Shown in pieces: positions 6,409 through 8,016 of a stretch of 8,016 bases of DNA. Location: positions 1-8,016 of the IMG/VR virus record IMGVR_UViG_3300029181_000038, one strand, 5' to 3'. How positions within the stretch are numbered: position 1 is the first letter of the stretch; the number at the start of each line of letters is the position of its first letter. This DNA comes from a virus (taxonomy: Duplodnaviria; Heunggongvirae; Uroviricota; Caudoviricetes). The translations under genes were made by a program, and so were the position numbers. Below the pieces are notes generated by a model, which ran no database searches, had not been told where the DNA came from, and saw nothing but the letters and a program-made list of their open reading frames with translations.

Positions 6409-6924
6409 ATGGCTTTACCACGCAAATTAAAACATCTGAACCTGTTTAACGACGGGAACAACTGGCAGGGGATCGTAGAGTCGCTGACGCTGCCGAAATT
6501 CACCCGCAAATATGAGAAGTATCGCGGCGGCGGAATGCCAGGTGCAGTGGATGTGGATCTGGGGCTTGATGACAGTGCGCTGGACACAGAATTTTCCATT
6601 GGTGGTACTGAACTGCTGCTGTTTAAGCAGATGGGCAAAGCCACGGTGGATGGCATCCAGTTGCGCTTTACCGGCTCTATCCAGCGTGACGATACCGGGG
6701 AAGTGCAGGCCGTGGAGCTTGTGGTGCGTGGACGTCACAAAGAAGTTGACTCTGGTGAGTGGAAGACGGGCGAAAGCAACACCACCAAAGTGACCAGTAC
6801 CAACAGCTACGCGAAGCTGACCATCAATGGTGAGGTGCTCTATGAAGTGGACCTTATCAACATGGTGGAAATTGTGGACGGTGTGGACCTGATGGAAGCG
6901 CACCGCAACGCACTCGGCCTCTGA
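6409..6924 (+). CDS. FII: Tail tube protein, P2 gpFII-like
   Basis: 171-aa ORF 9 nt after FI with RBS AAGGGGA; MALPRKLKHLNLFNDGNNWQGIVESLTLPKFTRKYEKYRGGGMPGAVDVDLGLDD... fits the P2 tail tube family; conserved FI-FII order. Confidence 0.9.
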   Translation: MALPRKLKHLNLFNDGNNWQGIVESLTLPKFTRKYEKYRGGGMPGAVDVDLGLDDSALDTEFSIGGTELLLFKQMGKATVDGIQLRFTGSIQRDDTGEVQAVELVVRGRHKEVDSGEWKTGESNTTKVTSTNSYAKLTINGEVLYEVDLINMVEIVDGVDLMEAHRNALGL

Positions 6925-6935
6925 TGTATCTGAAC

Positions 6936-6953
6936 GGCGCGGAATGCCGCGCC
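6936..6953 (+). other. GC-rich hairpin (7-bp stem GGCGCGG/CCGCGCC, 4-nt loop) between FII and E; no following U-tract
   Basis: ggcgcgg-aatg-ccgcgcc seen directly, 12 nt after the FII stop. Not a canonical intrinsic terminator; could be an mRNA stability or processing element that affects the FII:E expression ratio. Confidence 0.3.
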
Positions 6954-6978
6954 AGAACCCAATTTACAGGACAGCAAA

Positions 6979-7281
6979 ATGAGCGATAAGCAGACTGAAA
7001 AGACCATTCAACTGGATACCCCCATCAAGCGCGGTAAAACAGAAATCACCGAAATTGTGCTGCGTAAACCGCAGTCTGGTGCGCTGCGCGGCACACGCCT
7101 GCAGGCCATTATGGATATGGATGTGAACGCGATGATGACCGTGATCCCCCGCATCTCCAGTCCGGCACTGACTGCACAGGAAATCGCAGAGATGGACCCG
7201 GCAGATCTCACAGCCATGTCGGTTGAGGTTGTCACTTTTTTGTTGAAGAAGTCGGTGCTTGCCGGTTTACCGACAGCCTGA
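6979..7281 (+). CDS. E: Tail assembly chaperone, P2 gpE-like (zero-frame product)
   Basis: 100-aa ORF MSDKQTEKTIQLDTPIKRGKTEITEIVLRKPQSG...; position between the tube gene and the tape-measure gene, as for P2 E and lambda G. Confidence 0.85.
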   Translation: MSDKQTEKTIQLDTPIKRGKTEITEIVLRKPQSGALRGTRLQAIMDMDVNAMMTVIPRISSPALTAQEIAEMDPADLTAMSVEVVTFLLKKSVLAGLPTA

Positions 7282-7415
7282 CGGTTGACGATCTGGTGGC
7301 AGATATCGCCACCATTTTTCACTGGCCGCCATCCGTTACTGACGTTATGCCGCTGACCGAAGTGCTGGAATGGCGGTATAAAGCGATTCAGAGATGCGGG
7401 GCCAACGATGAGTGA
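6979..7415 (+). CDS. E+E': Frameshift fusion product E+E' (tail assembly chaperone long form), made by -1 slippage at 7236-7242
   Basis: -1 frame after the slip site encodes VEEVGACRFTDSLTVDDLVADIATIFHWPPSVTDVMPLTEVLEWRYKAIQRCGANDE with no stop until 7413-7415, which overlaps the T start (ATG 7408). This matches the known P2 E/E' arrangement. Confidence 0.7.
7236..7242 (+). promoter_or_regulatory. Programmed -1 ribosomal frameshift slippery heptamer T-TTT-TTG within E
   Basis: Zero-frame codons TTT (7237-7239) and TTG (7240-7242); the -1 frame is open from 7242 to a TGA at 7413-7415. Confidence 0.75.
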
Positions 7416-8016
7416 TAACAACCTGCGCCTGCAGGTCATTCTTAATGCGGTTGACAAACTCACCCGCCCATTCCGTGCTGCACAGGCCAGTTCGAAAGAG
7501 CTGGCTGGCGCAATCAGAAACTCCCGTGACGCATTAAAGCAACTCAATCAGGTGGGTAACAGCCTGGAAAAATTTCGCAAGCTGCAGGCTGATAACAAGA
7601 AGTTAGGCGACAGGCTGAACTATGCCAGACAGAAGGCTAATTTGCTTAGCTCTGAGCTGGAGGCGATGGAGCAACCATCACAAAGGCATCTTGTGGCTTT
7701 AGGTCGGCAAACGCTGGCAGTCCAACGCCTGGAAGAACAACAAAAATATTTGCAGAAGCAAACGGCGCTTGTGCGTGCTGAACTGTACCGGGCGGGAATT
7801 TCTGCGAAAGATGATGCGGGAGCAACTGCCCGTTTAGCCCGTGAAACATCACGTTATAACCAGGAACTTTCGAAACAGGAGGCGCGGCTGAAGCGACTGG
7901 GGGAAGCTCAGCGCAGGATGAATGCAGCGCGTGCCAGTTATGCCCGTTCGCTGGAGGTGCGTGATCGTATTGCAGGTGCCGGAGCCACCACCACGGCTGC
8001 AGGGCTGGCAATGGGC
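7408..8016 (+). CDS. T: Tail tape measure protein, P2 gpT-like, N-terminal 203 codons (continues beyond the window)
   Basis: Open frame from ATG 7408 to the window end: MSDNNLRLQVILNAVDKLTRPFRAAQASSKELAGAIRNSRDALKQLNQVGNSLEKFRKLQADNKKLGDRLNYARQKANLLSSELEAMEQ..., a coiled-coil-rich N-terminus typical of tape-measure proteins. Missing from the ORF track because it has no stop in the window; the listed minus ORFs 7008-7547 and 7646-8011 are its antisense. Confidence 0.85.
   Translation, partial: MSDNNLRLQVILNAVDKLTRPFRAAQASSKELAGAIRNSRDALKQLNQVGNSLEKFRKLQADNKKLGDRLNYARQKANLLSSELEAMEQPSQRHLVALGRQTLAVQRLEEQQKYLQKQTALVRAELYRAGISAKDDAGATARLARETSRYNQELSKQEARLKRLGEAQRRMNAARASYARSLEVRDRIAGAGATTTAAGLAMG

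Noticed and set aside
6360-6903. Minus-strand ORFs (98 and 158 aa) and the plus 93-aa ORF at 6512-6793, overlapping FII
   Set aside because: Antisense or out-of-frame relative to the tail tube gene; no supporting signals.
7008-8011. Minus-strand ORFs of 179 and 121 aa
   Set aside because: Antisense to E/E' and to the tape-measure N-terminus, which has an unbroken 203-codon frame on the plus strand.
1-8016. CRISPR arrays, tRNA or rRNA genes, IS elements, toxin-antitoxin or other defence systems
   Set aside because: No direct repeat-spacer arrays, no tRNA-like or rRNA-like sequence, and no transposase-like ORFs were seen; essentially the whole window is accounted for by phage structural genes and the inversion system.

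Overview
This window is the tail-gene region of a P2-family prophage that looks defective. Left to right: (1) a minus-strand large-terminase (gpP-like) gene fragment (1-1093) that directly abuts, with no intergenic space, an N-terminally truncated baseplate gene I-like ORF (1077-1565). This looks like an internal deletion junction that removed the capsid, lysis and most baseplate genes. (2) Tail fiber gene H (1562-2983), whose C-terminal third lies inside a ~1.84 kb invertible segment. The segment is bounded by two 26-bp inverted crossover sites (2598-2623 and 4437-4462) and carries two alternative receptor-binding cassettes, each with its own tail-fiber assembly chaperone (Hv+tfa on +, Hv'+tfa' on -). 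(3) A Gin/Pin/Cin/Hin-family serine DNA invertase (4518-5084) just outside the segment. (4) The late tail operon: an Ogr-type TGT-N12-ACA element (5133-5150), sheath FI, tube FII, chaperone E with a T-TTT-TTG -1 frameshift site giving E+E', and the start of tape-measure gene T running off the window. I saw no rRNA, tRNA, CRISPR array or IS element. The most notable system is the invertase-driven tail-fiber switch. It belongs to a well-described class (Mu G, P1 C, e14 P segments), so I do not claim novelty for the mechanism. Its particular cassettes, their compositional mosaicism, and its retention in a deleted prophage are the points worth checking. All homology statements come from reading the translations against remembered protein families; no database search was run.
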